NCBI GenBank assembly: GCA_944391705.1
Contig: CALXUN010000003.1
Span: 26,208 to 90,207 of the forward strand
Reading direction: 5' to 3'
DNA length: 64,000 nt
From: an uncultured Alphaproteobacteria bacterium
GTDB lineage: Bacteria; Pseudomonadota; Alphaproteobacteria; RF32; CAG-239
Of the stretch, positions 39,630-49,397 are shown piece after piece; the first letter of the stretch is position 1, and each line of letters opens with the position of its first letter. A model generated the notes under the pieces. The model ran no database searches, had not been told where the DNA came from, and saw nothing but the letters and a program-made list of their open reading frames with translations. Both the position numbers and the translations under genes were made by a program.

Positions 39630-39899
39630 ATGTCGATAACAAATGAACAAAAACAGGAAATTATTGCCAAATACGGCACCAAACCGAACGATACCGGTTC
39701 ACCGGAAGTCCAGATTGCCATTTGGACATATCGTATTAATTCTTTGATTGAACACTTCAACGTTCATAAAAAAGATTTACATTCCCGTTTAGGGTTAATG
39801 AAAATGGTCAGCCGTCGGCGCCATCTTCTGGATCACTTAAAATCCAAAGACGAAAGCCGTTATCAGGCAATTATCAAAAAACTGGATTTGCGTAAGTAA
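39630..39899 (+). CDS. rpsO: 30S ribosomal protein S15
   Basis: 89 aa, ...[31 protein letters not shown]... Confidence 0.95.
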   Translation: MSITNEQKQEIIAKYGTKPNDTGSPEVQIAIWTYRINSLIEHFNVHKKDLHSRLGLMKMVSRRRHLLDHLKSKDESRYQAIIKKLDLRK

Positions 39900-39914
39900 T
39901 TACGGATGCATTAA

Positions 39915-39975
39915 AAAACTGCGGGGCATGGGGCTCCGCAGTTTCATAAAATCCTGACATTTTGTCAGGTGAGGT
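39915..39975 (+). promoter_or_regulatory. rpsO terminator / pnp leader hairpins
   Basis: Two stem-loops (actgcgg...ccgcagt at 39919-39943 and cctgaca-ttt-tgtcagg at 39952-39970) in the rpsO-pnp spacer. This is the classic site of RNase III/PNPase autoregulation. Confidence 0.5.
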
Positions 39976-40002
39976 TTATAGGAAAAGAGAAAGGTAGAAA
40001 AT

Positions 40003-42120
40003 ATGATCGATTTTAAAACATGCCGTCAGGAAATGGATTGGGGCGGACGTAAATTAACATTGGAAACAGGAAAAATCGCCCGTCAGGCAACCGGCGCCGT
40101 TATTGCAACTTACGGTCAGACTGTTGTGGTTGCCACCGTTGTAGCAGCAAAAGAGGCTAAAGCCGATCAGGATTTCTTCCCTTTAACCGTTAATTATCAG
40201 GAAAAATATTATGCCACCGGCAAAATTCCCGGCGGCTTTATGAAACGAGAAGGCAAGCCTTCCGAACGTGAAGTTTTAATTTCCCGTTTGATTGACCGGC
40301 CGATTCGCCCGTTGTTTCCGGATGCTTTTAAAAACGAAGTTCAGATTATCTGCACCACACTGGCTTATGACCAGAAAAATGATTCCGATGTGGTTGCCAT
40401 GGTTGCAGCATCAGCCGCTTTAGCCATATCCGGCATTCCGTTTTTAGGTCCTATCGGCGCAGCCAAAGTCGGCTATAAAAACGGTGAATACATTTTAAAT
40501 CCGACCTTGGAAGAACGCAAAACTTCCGATTTGGAACTGACCGTTGCAGGTACCTCCGAAGGTGTTCTGATGGTAGAATCCGAAGCCAACGAACTTTCCG
40601 AAGAAACAATGCTCGGTGCGGTAATGTTCGGCTTTGAAAACTTCCAGCCGGTTATTAACATGATTAACGAATTAAAGAAACAGGCCGGCAAACCGGCTTG
40701 GGAAGAACCGAAATTCCCGGCAGAATTTGATGAATTGTATGCCCGGGTTGAAAAAGAATTCGGCAAAAAATATGAAGAAGCCTTCAATGAAGTTGACAAG
40801 TTAACCCGCGGCACAATTTTGGGCCAGCTGGCAGAAGAAGTCAAAGCCACGATTGATCCTGAAAATGAAATTGAAGTACGTTATATCGGCGATGTTATTG
40901 AACACGTCATGCATAAAACCATGCGTGAAAAGGTTTTAACGACCGGCCGCCGTATTGACGGTCGTGATACCAAAACCGTCCGTCCGATAAGCTGCGAAGT
41001 TGATGTCCTGCCCACCACCCACGGTTCGGCATTATTTACCCGCGGCGAAACACAGGCCTTGGTTGTGACAACTCTGGGTACTGAAGATGACGCCCAGATT
41101 GTTGATGGTCTGATGAATGAGTATAAACAGGATTTCATGCTGTATTACAATTTCCCGCCGTTTTCCGTCGGGGAATGCGGCCGCTTAGGCTCTCCCGGAC
41201 GCCGTGAAATCGGCCACGGTAAACTGGCCTGGCGCGCCATTCACCCGATGATGCCGGCAGATAAGGAAAAATTCCCCTATTCGGTACGTGTGGTTTCCGA
41301 CATTATGGAATCCAACGGTTCATCTTCCATGGCCACCGTCTGCGGCACCACACTGTCATTGGAAGCAGCTGGTGTTCCGCTTAAAAAACCGGTTGCCGGC
41401 ATTGCCATGGGTTTAATCAAAGAAGATGACGGCCGGGTTGCCGTTTTAACCGACATCTTAGGCGATGAAGACCACTTGGGCGATATGGACTTTAAAGTTG
41501 CCGGTACCAAAGACGGCGTAACAGCTTTGCAGATGGATATTAAAATTACCTCCATCACCAAAGAAATTATGCAAACTGCTTTGGCTCAGGCACATGAAGG
41601 CCGCATTCACATCTTAGGTGAAATGGCCAAGGCCATTGCCGAACCGCGTCCGAATGTATCGCCTCTGGCACCGCGGATTATATCCATGAAAATCCCGGTA
41701 GACAAGATTCGCGAAGTTATCGGCTCCGGCGGTAAAGTTATCCGCGAAATCATTGAAAAAACCAACACCAAGATTGACATATCCGATGACGGCATTGTCC
41801 AAATCGCTTCGGTTAATACAGCTGACGGCGAAGCAGCCATGAACATTATTTATGGTATTGTCGCCGAACCGGAACCGGGAGTAATTTATAAAGGCGTTAT
41901 CACCAAAATTACCGATTTCGGTGCATTTGTACGCTTTGTCGGTTCAACCGAAGGACTGGTTCACATTTCCGAAATCAAAGACGAACGTATTGCTTCCGTT
42001 TCTGATTTCTATAAAGAAGGTGATACGATGTGGGTCAAGTGTTTGGGCGTTGACAACCGCGGCAAATGGAAATTATCTGCCAAGCGCGTCAATCAGGAAA
42101 CCGGTGAAGACCGCGAATAA
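40003..42120 (+). CDS. pnp: polyribonucleotide nucleotidyltransferase (PNPase)
   Basis: Two RNase PH domains plus KH plus S1, across 705 aa. Confidence 0.95.
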   Translation: MIDFKTCRQEMDWGGRKLTLETGKIARQATGAVIATYGQTVVVATVVAAKEAKADQDFFPLTVNYQEKYYATGKIPGGFMKREGKPSEREVLISRLIDRPIRPLFPDAFKNEVQIICTTLAYDQKNDSDVVAMVAASAALAISGIPFLGPIGAAKVGYKNGEYILNPTLEERKTSDLELTVAGTSEGVLMVESEANELSEETMLGAVMFGFENFQPVINMINELKKQAGKPAWEEPKFPAEFDELYARVEKEFGKKYEEAFNEVDKLTRGTILGQLAEEVKATIDPENEIEVRYIGDVIEHVMHKTMREKVLTTGRRIDGRDTKTVRPISCEVDVLPTTHGSALFTRGETQALVVTTLGTEDDAQIVDGLMNEYKQDFMLYYNFPPFSVGECGRLGSPGRREIGHGKLAWRAIHPMMPADKEKFPYSVRVVSDIMESNGSSSMATVCGTTLSLEAAGVPLKKPVAGIAMGLIKEDDGRVAVLTDILGDEDHLGDMDFKVAGTKDGVTALQMDIKITSITKEIMQTALAQAHEGRIHILGEMAKAIAEPRPNVSPLAPRIISMKIPVDKIREVIGSGGKVIREIIEKTNTKIDISDDGIVQIASVNTADGEAAMNIIYGIVAEPEPGVIYKGVITKITDFGAFVRFVGSTEGLVHISEIKDERIASVSDFYKEGDTMWVKCLGVDNRGKWKLSAKRVNQETGEDRE

Positions 42121-42134
42121 TTCCGGATTAAGAA

Positions 42135-42170
42135 TAAAAAACCTCGGAAAATTTCCGAGGTTTTTTATTG
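42135..42170 (+). terminator. rho-independent terminator after pnp
   Basis: cctcggaaa-at-tttccgagg followed by TTTTTTATT. Confidence 0.8.
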
Positions 42171-42232
42171 ACGTTTTAACCGCTTTCTTTTACCATAGAA
42201 GAAATCACTAATTACTATAAAATTATTAATAT

Positions 42233-42502
42233 ATGGAATGGTTTTTCTTCGGACTGTTAATCGCTTTTTGCCTTATGTCGGTACTGCCCGGTTTCATACC
42301 GCGCATTAAAACACCGATGGAAGAAGGCGTTGCCGTTTTAGTATATAAAACCGCCGAAGACCATATCTGGGTCGGCGAATATATCAGAAACGGCGAGGTC
42401 TGTATTGCGCTCATATCCTGCCACAAAAAACACCGGGCAGGCGATGAGGTTGAAATAAAACCCGGAAACCATACAACTATTCCGGTTTTTATGGAAGTGT
42501 AA
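42233..42502 (+). CDS. small hypothetical protein with N-terminal TM segment
   Basis: 89-aa ORF. Confidence 0.4.
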   Translation: MEWFFFGLLIAFCLMSVLPGFIPRIKTPMEEGVAVLVYKTAEDHIWVGEYIRNGEVCIALISCHKKHRAGDEVEIKPGNHTTIPVFMEV

Positions 42503-42504
42503 AA

Positions 42505-42650
42505 TAGATATCCCCCAGTAAACTGGGGGTTCTATAACAGCTACAAACCTTACGGTTTGACCACGCTCGTTGGCGTGGAACGGTATCTAACGATACCTTG
42601 GCATTCAGCCCCGAGTAAACTCGGGGTTTTCTGTAAGGCAACTAATAAAA
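42505..42650. repeat. structured ~146-bp repeat element, copy 1 (multi-hairpin; possible sRNA/REP/MITE-like)
   Basis: About 90% identical to 58780-58926. Contains hairpins cccccagt..actggggg, ccacgc..gcgtgg, ggtatc..gatacc and ccccgagt..actcgggg. It is followed by a terminator hairpin at 42653-42680. Confidence 0.8.
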
Positions 42651-42676
42651 GCTGCTTTTAAAGCAGCTTTTATTTT

Positions 42677-43342
42677 TTAATCAAGCAGTTCCAAAGTGTT
42701 TTTCTGCAATTCCAAAATTCTCTCATAATTCTTTTTATCTTTGGCGTATTGATAAATTTCCAAAAGACGGGCACAAATTGCCAACGTATTTTTGCACTTT
42801 TCCAAAACGGATACATTTTCTTCCGTTACAAAATTTAAGGCATGTTCCAGATATTTTGCCTGTAGTCTTAAATCATCCGTTCCGTTGGCCAGCTCCATAA
42901 ATGCCTGACGTTTCATATTATCATCTTCAATCAAGGCCATTTGTTCATGCGTTTTCCGCCATCCGGCCTCATCCTGAAGTTCACCGTAGATGTGGGCAAT
43001 TTTTTCCAACACATGGTGCTTGTCACGGATGTTTTTGGTAAACTCCAGCGCATTTTGGTAATATTCAACCGCATACAGATAGTTATGCGCATCAGCCTGC
43101 TCATTATTTTTTTGTAAAAATATATCGCCGATATTATTATATGTCCAAAACAATATCTGATTGCGTTTGACACTGTCATCAAGCTGACACTGCTTGGAAT
43201 GCGAGCAATAATCTATCACCTCGTTATAAGCCAGCAGTTTATCGTCAATATCACGCATATATTTGGCTTTTTCATAAGCCATACGATATACTTTCATCAA
43301 ATCATTTGAACTTGTAAAAGGCCTGTTGGTATATCTTAACAT
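42677..43342 (-). CDS. hypothetical protein, helical/TPR-like
   Basis: 221-aa ORF. Confidence 0.5.
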   Translation of the reverse strand: MLRYTNRPFTSSNDLMKVYRMAYEKAKYMRDIDDKLLAYNEVIDYCSHSKQCQLDDSVKRNQILFWTYNNIGDIFLQKNNEQADAHNYLYAVEYYQNALEFTKNIRDKHHVLEKIAHIYGELQDEAGWRKTHEQMALIEDDNMKRQAFMELANGTDDLRLQAKYLEHALNFVTEENVSVLEKCKNTLAICARLLEIYQYAKDKKNYERILELQKNTLELLD

Positions 43343-43360
43343 GCTGTATACCCTGTCTGT

Positions 43361-43639
43361 TTACTGCAAACCGCCGGTTTTGAGGCAATATTCATGGCGG
43401 TGCAGTTTATACTTCTGATATACAGGACATTTTCCGCACAAACATCCGCGATCCAGATGAATACAATTGCTTTTTTCAAAAGCACAGAACATTTTTTCAT
43501 AATGGGTGCGGTTAGCCAGTTTTTCTGTCGGCTGATTAACATTTTCCGGCGCATTTTTTAATTTGCAGACTTGCGAATACGACGGACAATACATACAAAT
43601 ACACTTTGAAACATTTTCTTCCGTTTTATCAACTCTCAT
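43361..43639 (-). CDS. small cysteine-rich protein
   Basis: CICMYCPSYSQVC...CAFEKSNC...CLCGKCPV. Confidence 0.45.
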   Translation of the reverse strand: MRVDKTEENVSKCICMYCPSYSQVCKLKNAPENVNQPTEKLANRTHYEKMFCAFEKSNCIHLDRGCLCGKCPVYQKYKLHRHEYCLKTGGLQ

Positions 43640-43730
43640 AACTGTTCTCCCTTTATCCTTTCCAAAGATAGTCCGGACAACGGGAAAAACAAGGCAGAGC
43701 CGACATAAATTTATGGTTTAGGAAAAAATA

Positions 43731-44018
43731 TCAGATACGTTCAAAAATACCATCCTCAATCGGCGGTAGGAAAAAATTGGTAATATTGGGCAAAAAATCT
43801 ATCTTATCCACTCTGGCCAGCCATGGACCCTGATAACAGGACATAACCATCTGTTCTATATTTTCATTCTGACCGCGCATAAAAATTTCCACACTGCCGT
43901 CCTCGGCATTGCGTACCCAGCCGGAAATAGCCCCGATCTGCCGTGCCTGACGTTCCGCCCAGCGCCGAAAACCAACGCCTTGAACCCGGCCTTTTATTTT
44001 TAAATAAACTTCTTTCAT
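43731..44018 (-). CDS. acylphosphatase
   Basis: VYLKIKGRVQGVGFRRWAERQARQIGAISGWVRNAEDGSVEIF matches acylphosphatase signatures 1 and 2. Start moved to MKEVYL. Confidence 0.8.
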   Translation of the reverse strand: MKEVYLKIKGRVQGVGFRRWAERQARQIGAISGWVRNAEDGSVEIFMRGQNENIEQMVMSCYQGPWLARVDKIDFLPNITNFFLPPIEDGIFERI

Positions 44019-44518
44019 GGTCTTAAATATTTTTCTGCAGCTAAAATACTGGCTTTTAAATCTTTCCGGCGCTCTTCTGCTTCCGGAACCCTGCCCCATT
44101 TTTGGATTTGATATAATTCTTCCAGTTCGGCTAATTGAAAAGCTTCTTCGGCATTGATACGACCTTTTACCAGCGCCAAAGCCAATAAAACCGAACGCAT
44201 ATTAACGGCAGCCAAAAAAAGTGCTGCCATCTCTTTATCGGAAAGCCGGTCAATGTATTTACGCAATTCAAGCGAAGTTTCTTTTGTTGCCGGTTGTGCT
44301 TCCAGCCCTGTCGTTGTCTTAAAACGGGCATTGACAGTTTCATCTGCCCACTGCAATATCGGCATCCAGTTTTCTTCCTGCTCTTTTTGCAGTTTTTCAT
44401 CCGGGCTCCAATACAAAAGCACATCATGCAAAGCAAAATCAACCAGCCTGTCTGTAAGCTCCTGACGGTGAAGCCGGACGTCTTCTTCTATCTGATTCCA
44501 ATTATAAGCCATAATCAA
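44015..44518 (-). CDS. ATP12-family F1-ATPase assembly chaperone
   Basis: ...LDRVLLYWSPDEKLQ...AALFLAAVN... is the ATP12 pattern typical of alphaproteobacteria. Confidence 0.6.
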   Translation of the reverse strand: MIMAYNWNQIEEDVRLHRQELTDRLVDFALHDVLLYWSPDEKLQKEQEENWMPILQWADETVNARFKTTTGLEAQPATKETSLELRKYIDRLSDKEMAALFLAAVNMRSVLLALALVKGRINAEEAFQLAELEELYQIQKWGRVPEAEERRKDLKASILAAEKYLRP

Positions 44519-46680
44519 TTTTTCCTTTTAAATAAATTCAAAACGTCCTTAGCCGTATTGGTCAACACATCAACTCCGTCCGAAATGGCATCGCTGGTGC
44601 CCTGATAAACGCCCTGCCCGGTAGCCTTTACCCCTTTGGGTGCCGGAAACATATTCTGATAAGCCGTCCCTTTTAAAGCCGTGTAGCAAGGCGATTCGTC
44701 AACATCCAGAACCAGCTGGGAACCTAAAAACGCCGGACCGGCCGCAGCAACACCCACAACATTCTTAACAACTGCCGAATCATCAATGGCAATTTTCGGA
44801 CTTTCAACGGTACCGGCGATTTTAATCAATGAGGACAATGCTTGTACAACGTTTGTATCCGCCAATTTACCGTTAAACGGGTTAATCGTGAAATCAAGCT
44901 TATCATTTTTCAAATTAACAGAACCGTTCCCGACAACAACAAGTTGCTTTGAATTAAAGACGATGCCTTTCGGAAAGTTTGCCTTCCCGGAAGCAATATC
45001 TGTCCGCACCACGGCACAATTCAATTCCAGATTCTTCTGCTGCTTATCGATTTTCAAATATTTCAACAACTGAGTTACAAAATTTCCGGTCAGATATTTC
45101 AAGGCTCCGGTTTGAATTTTCGATTCGCCGACAATGGCAACCACTTGTCCGTTCAAGCTCTCAACCATCTGACGCGTTGTTGCACCCTGACCTTTCAACT
45201 GTACAGAAAGCGTTGTTTTACCGCCGGAAAGTATGCCAAATGTAGAACTGCCGGCAGGTGTCAGGCTTTTCCACAGATTTTGCAGCACAACATCATCACC
45301 GGTTAGCGACAAATCAAAAACATTATTTGCCGATTTAATAGAAAAGCTGCCCTTAACCGAACCATCTCCGGCATTAAGCGCCAACGGCGAAACAACCAGA
45401 GCACCGTTTTGCAAGGTAGCCGTCATACTGATATCCTGCAACGACAAATCAGGATTAACGACCAATGATTTGATGTTTGCCCGGAGTTTGGCATTAACGC
45501 TGTTCAAAACAGATAAATCCAATGGTGTATCCGGAACAAATTCTGCAGCCGCTGCAGACGAAACCAAAGCAAAAGATGCCGTCTGTACCGGTTTATGCAT
45601 CAGAGTCTGCAAGTCAATAGCATTACTGTCAAACCGGGCGTCAACATACGGTTTATTCCCGCTCAAATCAACATTTGCCTGCCCGCTGATAATATTTCCG
45701 GCCACATTCAAAGGGTTGATTTTAAGTGTTATATTTTTCGGCGTACCGGAAAATTCCGCCGTCAATGAAACTGCCGGCGCCCCAAAATTTCCGGACGGAT
45801 TCTGCACTTCGGCCGAACCGTTGAAACTAAGATCCGTCATCATATTCGTTAAAACAACATCTGCTTTGGCTGATGCGCCGAAAGCCTTTATCTCTGCTTT
45901 TAAGGGATATTTCTCCGCTTTTTGTAAAATGGAATTTATCGAACCGGCAGTTGCCGTACCGGAAATTTCTTCACCGTTATAAATTAAATCAAAGGCCAAA
46001 TCCATATCAGAATCCATGCTTTCTGAGCGCAAAGTCAAGGAGTTAAGCTGTAAATCCGTTTTAGCCTCAGATTGCAAATCCGCATATACCAGCTTGGCAT
46101 TTTTGATATTTATCTGCTTGGCAACAAACCCCGCCAACAACGGTGATACATTACTGTTTTCCGCCACCTGAGCCGTCGAACCGCCTTTCAAACCGTTTTC
46201 AGCCGCCGTTACTTTTCCGGCATCGGCTTTGGCGGACGTTCGAATCACATTATTATTTTCTGAAACAGTATTTGCCGTCGGTTTGGTAAATTCCCAGTTC
46301 GGAACTCCTTGAGCGTTAACAGTCAGATAAATTTCCGGGTCAGTCAGATTGACGGCATCAATAACAATTTCTTTATGCAATAAAGGCAACAGCGATGCGG
46401 AAACCTCCACGCTTCTGGCTTTTATCATATCAGGCTCCGCCGCCCATGAAGCATTACTGAAAGAAACATCATTTAAAACCACGGTCGGAATTAAAGAAAT
46501 TTTCAAACTGGCATCGCCTTTTAAAGACAATTTCCGGCCGGTCTGTTCATAAACAATTTTTTCTGCATATGCTTTATAGGTATTTAAATCAAAAGTCTTG
46601 ATAAAAATAACGCCGCCGATAACAATAATCAGCACCAAAGCCAAAACAGTCCAGAAAACGATTTTCAATAATTTTTTCAT
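44515..46680 (-). CDS. AsmA-family outer-membrane biogenesis protein
   Basis: N-terminal TM anchor plus a long beta-rich periplasmic region, about 720 aa. Confidence 0.7.
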   Translation of the reverse strand: MKKLLKIVFWTVLALVLIIVIGGVIFIKTFDLNTYKAYAEKIVYEQTGRKLSLKGDASLKISLIPTVVLNDVSFSNASWAAEPDMIKARSVEVSASLLPLLHKEIVIDAVNLTDPEIYLTVNAQGVPNWEFTKPTANTVSENNNVIRTSAKADAGKVTAAENGLKGGSTAQVAENSNVSPLLAGFVAKQINIKNAKLVYADLQSEAKTDLQLNSLTLRSESMDSDMDLAFDLIYNGEEISGTATAGSINSILQKAEKYPLKAEIKAFGASAKADVVLTNMMTDLSFNGSAEVQNPSGNFGAPAVSLTAEFSGTPKNITLKINPLNVAGNIISGQANVDLSGNKPYVDARFDSNAIDLQTLMHKPVQTASFALVSSAAAAEFVPDTPLDLSVLNSVNAKLRANIKSLVVNPDLSLQDISMTATLQNGALVVSPLALNAGDGSVKGSFSIKSANNVFDLSLTGDDVVLQNLWKSLTPAGSSTFGILSGGKTTLSVQLKGQGATTRQMVESLNGQVVAIVGESKIQTGALKYLTGNFVTQLLKYLKIDKQQKNLELNCAVVRTDIASGKANFPKGIVFNSKQLVVVGNGSVNLKNDKLDFTINPFNGKLADTNVVQALSSLIKIAGTVESPKIAIDDSAVVKNVVGVAAAGPAFLGSQLVLDVDESPCYTALKGTAYQNMFPAPKGVKATGQGVYQGTSDAISDGVDVLTNTAKDVLNLFKRKN

Positions 46681-47618
46681 TTGCTCCTGCCTTCACTAAA
46701 ATTCAATCCCAAAAATTTGATATCTTCTTTAAAATAATCCGGCAAAGGCGCTTTGACAACCATCTTTTGACGATATACCGAGGATAAATCAATCTGATAG
46801 GCATGTAAATGCAGTTTTTGGCTTAATCCGGCCGGACGCACGCGCTTTTCACCGAAATACTTATCATCTCCCAAAATCGGACAGCCGGCATATTCCAAAT
46901 GAGCTCTTATCTGATGCGTCCGTCCGGTTAAAGGTTGTGCTGCGATTAAAGAAAATTTCTCACCGGCCGTATCCAGTACCTCAAAAGCCGTCAAGGCTTT
47001 TTTGCCATCACCGGCAACTTGCATTTTTTCACCGATTTTTTCCAGCGGTGCCTTAATTTCCCCTCGGTTTTTAGGCATAATTCCCTGGCATAAAGCCAAA
47101 TAAGTCTTTTGCAAAGCATGTTCCCGGAAAGCTCCGGTCAAAAGCTCGGCATACCGCCGGTTGCGCGCCAAAACCAAAATACCGCTGGTATCCTTGTCAA
47201 TCCGGTGTACCAGTTTCGGTCGTTCGCTTAAATCATACATCAGCGCATCCAGCATCCCGTCAATATGCCTTACCGTATTCGTTCCGCCCTGTACGGAAAT
47301 ACCGGAGGGTTTATTTAAAATAATGATATTTTCATCTTTAAATATGACCAGAGAACGAATAAATTCCATATCCGAACGGGATAAAACCCTGTTATCTTTT
47401 ACGGCTTTTTCATTATCAAGCGGCGGCAGACGGATTTCCTGACCGGCTGCCAGCCTGAAATTTGCTTCGGCCTTTTTGCCATCCACTTTAATCTGTCTGG
47501 TACGCAGCAATTTTTGCAAACGTCCCAAAGACAAAGACGGATATTCTTTTAAAAACCAGCGGTTCAAACGGATACCGTCATCTTCCGGCTTAACCTTAAC
47601 AAACGTAACTCCGGGCAT
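46677..47618 (-). CDS. RluA-family 23S rRNA pseudouridine synthase (RluC/D-like, with N-terminal S4 domain)
   Basis: S4 domain at the N-terminus, and the HRIDKDTSGILVLA/HRLDKDTSG motif with catalytic Asp. Confidence 0.8.
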   Translation of the reverse strand: MPGVTFVKVKPEDDGIRLNRWFLKEYPSLSLGRLQKLLRTRQIKVDGKKAEANFRLAAGQEIRLPPLDNEKAVKDNRVLSRSDMEFIRSLVIFKDENIIILNKPSGISVQGGTNTVRHIDGMLDALMYDLSERPKLVHRIDKDTSGILVLARNRRYAELLTGAFREHALQKTYLALCQGIMPKNRGEIKAPLEKIGEKMQVAGDGKKALTAFEVLDTAGEKFSLIAAQPLTGRTHQIRAHLEYAGCPILGDDKYFGEKRVRPAGLSQKLHLHAYQIDLSSVYRQKMVVKAPLPDYFKEDIKFLGLNFSEGRSK

Positions 47619-47627
47619 TTTTATTCC

Positions 47628-47933
47628 TTATCGCTGCTGTATAGCTGAATTGTCTTTGCTGATTGCAAGTGATTTATCCGGACCGGCATTCTTAACCCGG
47701 TAAGAAAGCTTATGCAAAATGCTGTTTGCTTTACGGGCCTCAACCCCTTTAGGCAAAACAGCATTAAGCCGGCTCAATTCTTCCGGCGCAAAACCTTTCG
47801 ACAAGGGCGTCAAACCGTTTTCGCCGTTAACCACAATACCGGCGCCATAAACACCGGCATGATTGATAATTTTATCTGAAATCTTTTCTGCCGTTTCAGA
47901 ACTGACCAGCAGAACATGAGTATAATCAGTCAT
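47628..47933 (-). CDS. small hypothetical protein
   Basis: Start at MTDYTHVLLVS. Confidence 0.4.
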   Translation of the reverse strand: MTDYTHVLLVSSETAEKISDKIINHAGVYGAGIVVNGENGLTPLSKGFAPEELSRLNAVLPKGVEARKANSILHKLSYRVKNAGPDKSLAISKDNSAIQQR

Positions 47934-49251
47934 TATTTTTTCCTTTATTTTTCTGTTTGTTTTTCTCAACCCGCAGATTATCAAAATAATCCACCCGCTT
48001 TTTTATCTCGCGCTCAAAACCGCGTTCAACCGGATAATACAACTTGACCCTTTCGATTCCGTCCGGAAAATAATTTTGCCCGGAAAACCCGTCGTCCAGA
48101 TCCTGATCATAGATATAACCGTCATGATAACCAAGCTGCTTCATCAGCTTGGTCGGCGCATTTAAAATATGTTTGGGCGGCATTAAAGAACCGGTTTTTT
48201 TAGCCAGCGCAAAAGCCTTATCCATCGCTTTATATACCGCAGCCGATTTCGGCGCCGTTGCCAGATATGCCGTCAATTGCATAATGGCAAGCTCTCCTTC
48301 CGGCGATCCGAGCCGTTCATACACTTCGGCGCAAGCCAGGGCCTGGGTTACCGCATTGGGATCAGCCAAAGAAACATCTTCCACTGCAAAACGGATAAGC
48401 CGTCTTAGAATATAGCGCGGATCTTCTCCTGAAGACAGCATACGCGCCACCCAGTATAAAGCTGCATCGACATCCGTGCCGCGCAAAGATTTATGCACGG
48501 CCGAAATCAGGTTATAATGCCCGTCGCGCCCTTTATCATAGACCGGCGCCCGCGAACGTATGATATTAACAATATTGTCTTTATTAAAAATTTCACCGTC
48601 TTTGGCATAAGCCCACACGCTTTCGGCCAGATTAAGGATATACCGCCCGTCGCCGTCGGCCGTATCCTTCATCAGCTGGCGTGCTTCCTCATCAACCGGA
48701 AGCTTCCGGCCGACTTCTTTTTCGGCACGCTGCAAAAGAACCTCAAAATCATCTGAAGTTAAACGGTTAAGCACAAAAACCTGACAGCGTGAAAGCAGCG
48801 CGGCATTAAGCTCAAACGACGGATTTTCCGTTGTCGCACCCACCAAAATAACCGTACCGTCTTCAACATAAGGCAGAAAACCATCCTGTTGTGATTTATT
48901 AAAACGATGAATTTCATCAACAAACAACAACGTCCCTTTTCCCTGATTGGCACGACGTTCCTGCGCATACTGAAACACGCGTTTCAAATCTGCCACGCCT
49001 GAAAAAACAGCTGAAATTTGTTCAAAATAAAGATTTGTATGTTCAGCAATCAGACGAGCAATTGTGGTTTTGCCGCACCCTGGCGGTCCCCATAAAATAA
49101 AAGAAGATATTTTTCCGGTTGCCAACATCCGCCCGATAGGAGAATCCTTGCCGACCAAATGATTCTGTCCAACCACCTCGTCCAACGTACGGGGACGTAG
49201 TCGATCTGCCAGAGGTCTTTTCACCTGATTTGAAAACAGCGTATCTTCCAT
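47926..49251 (-). CDS. rarA: replication-associated recombination protein A (AAA+ ATPase)
   Basis: GPPGCGKTT (Walker A), LFVDEIHRFNK (Walker B), and the RarA/MgsA C-terminal domain. Confidence 0.9.
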   Translation of the reverse strand: MEDTLFSNQVKRPLADRLRPRTLDEVVGQNHLVGKDSPIGRMLATGKISSFILWGPPGCGKTTIARLIAEHTNLYFEQISAVFSGVADLKRVFQYAQERRANQGKGTLLFVDEIHRFNKSQQDGFLPYVEDGTVILVGATTENPSFELNAALLSRCQVFVLNRLTSDDFEVLLQRAEKEVGRKLPVDEEARQLMKDTADGDGRYILNLAESVWAYAKDGEIFNKDNIVNIIRSRAPVYDKGRDGHYNLISAVHKSLRGTDVDAALYWVARMLSSGEDPRYILRRLIRFAVEDVSLADPNAVTQALACAEVYERLGSPEGELAIMQLTAYLATAPKSAAVYKAMDKAFALAKKTGSLMPPKHILNAPTKLMKQLGYHDGYIYDQDLDDGFSGQNYFPDGIERVKLYYPVERGFEREIKKRVDYFDNLRVEKNKQKNKGKNND

Positions 49252-49397
49252 AATTATTTACCGGTTTAATTTTCAAGATATTAAGTCAAAATATTCCGAC
49301 AATCGCAATCGTGTTGCGATTCGCCGGAATAAAGCAAAAAGATAATACCACAAATTTTATGTTCAACAACCTTTATTTTTAAAATTTTTTCTTAAAA

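Noticed and set aside
40473-41846. Several 60-125-aa antisense ORFs inside pnp. Similar nested ORFs occur inside asmA, pntB, rarA, ampG and ptsP.
   Set aside because: They are embedded in strongly supported conserved genes, Ser/Pro/Ala-rich as expected for antisense reading of coding DNA, and without RBS.
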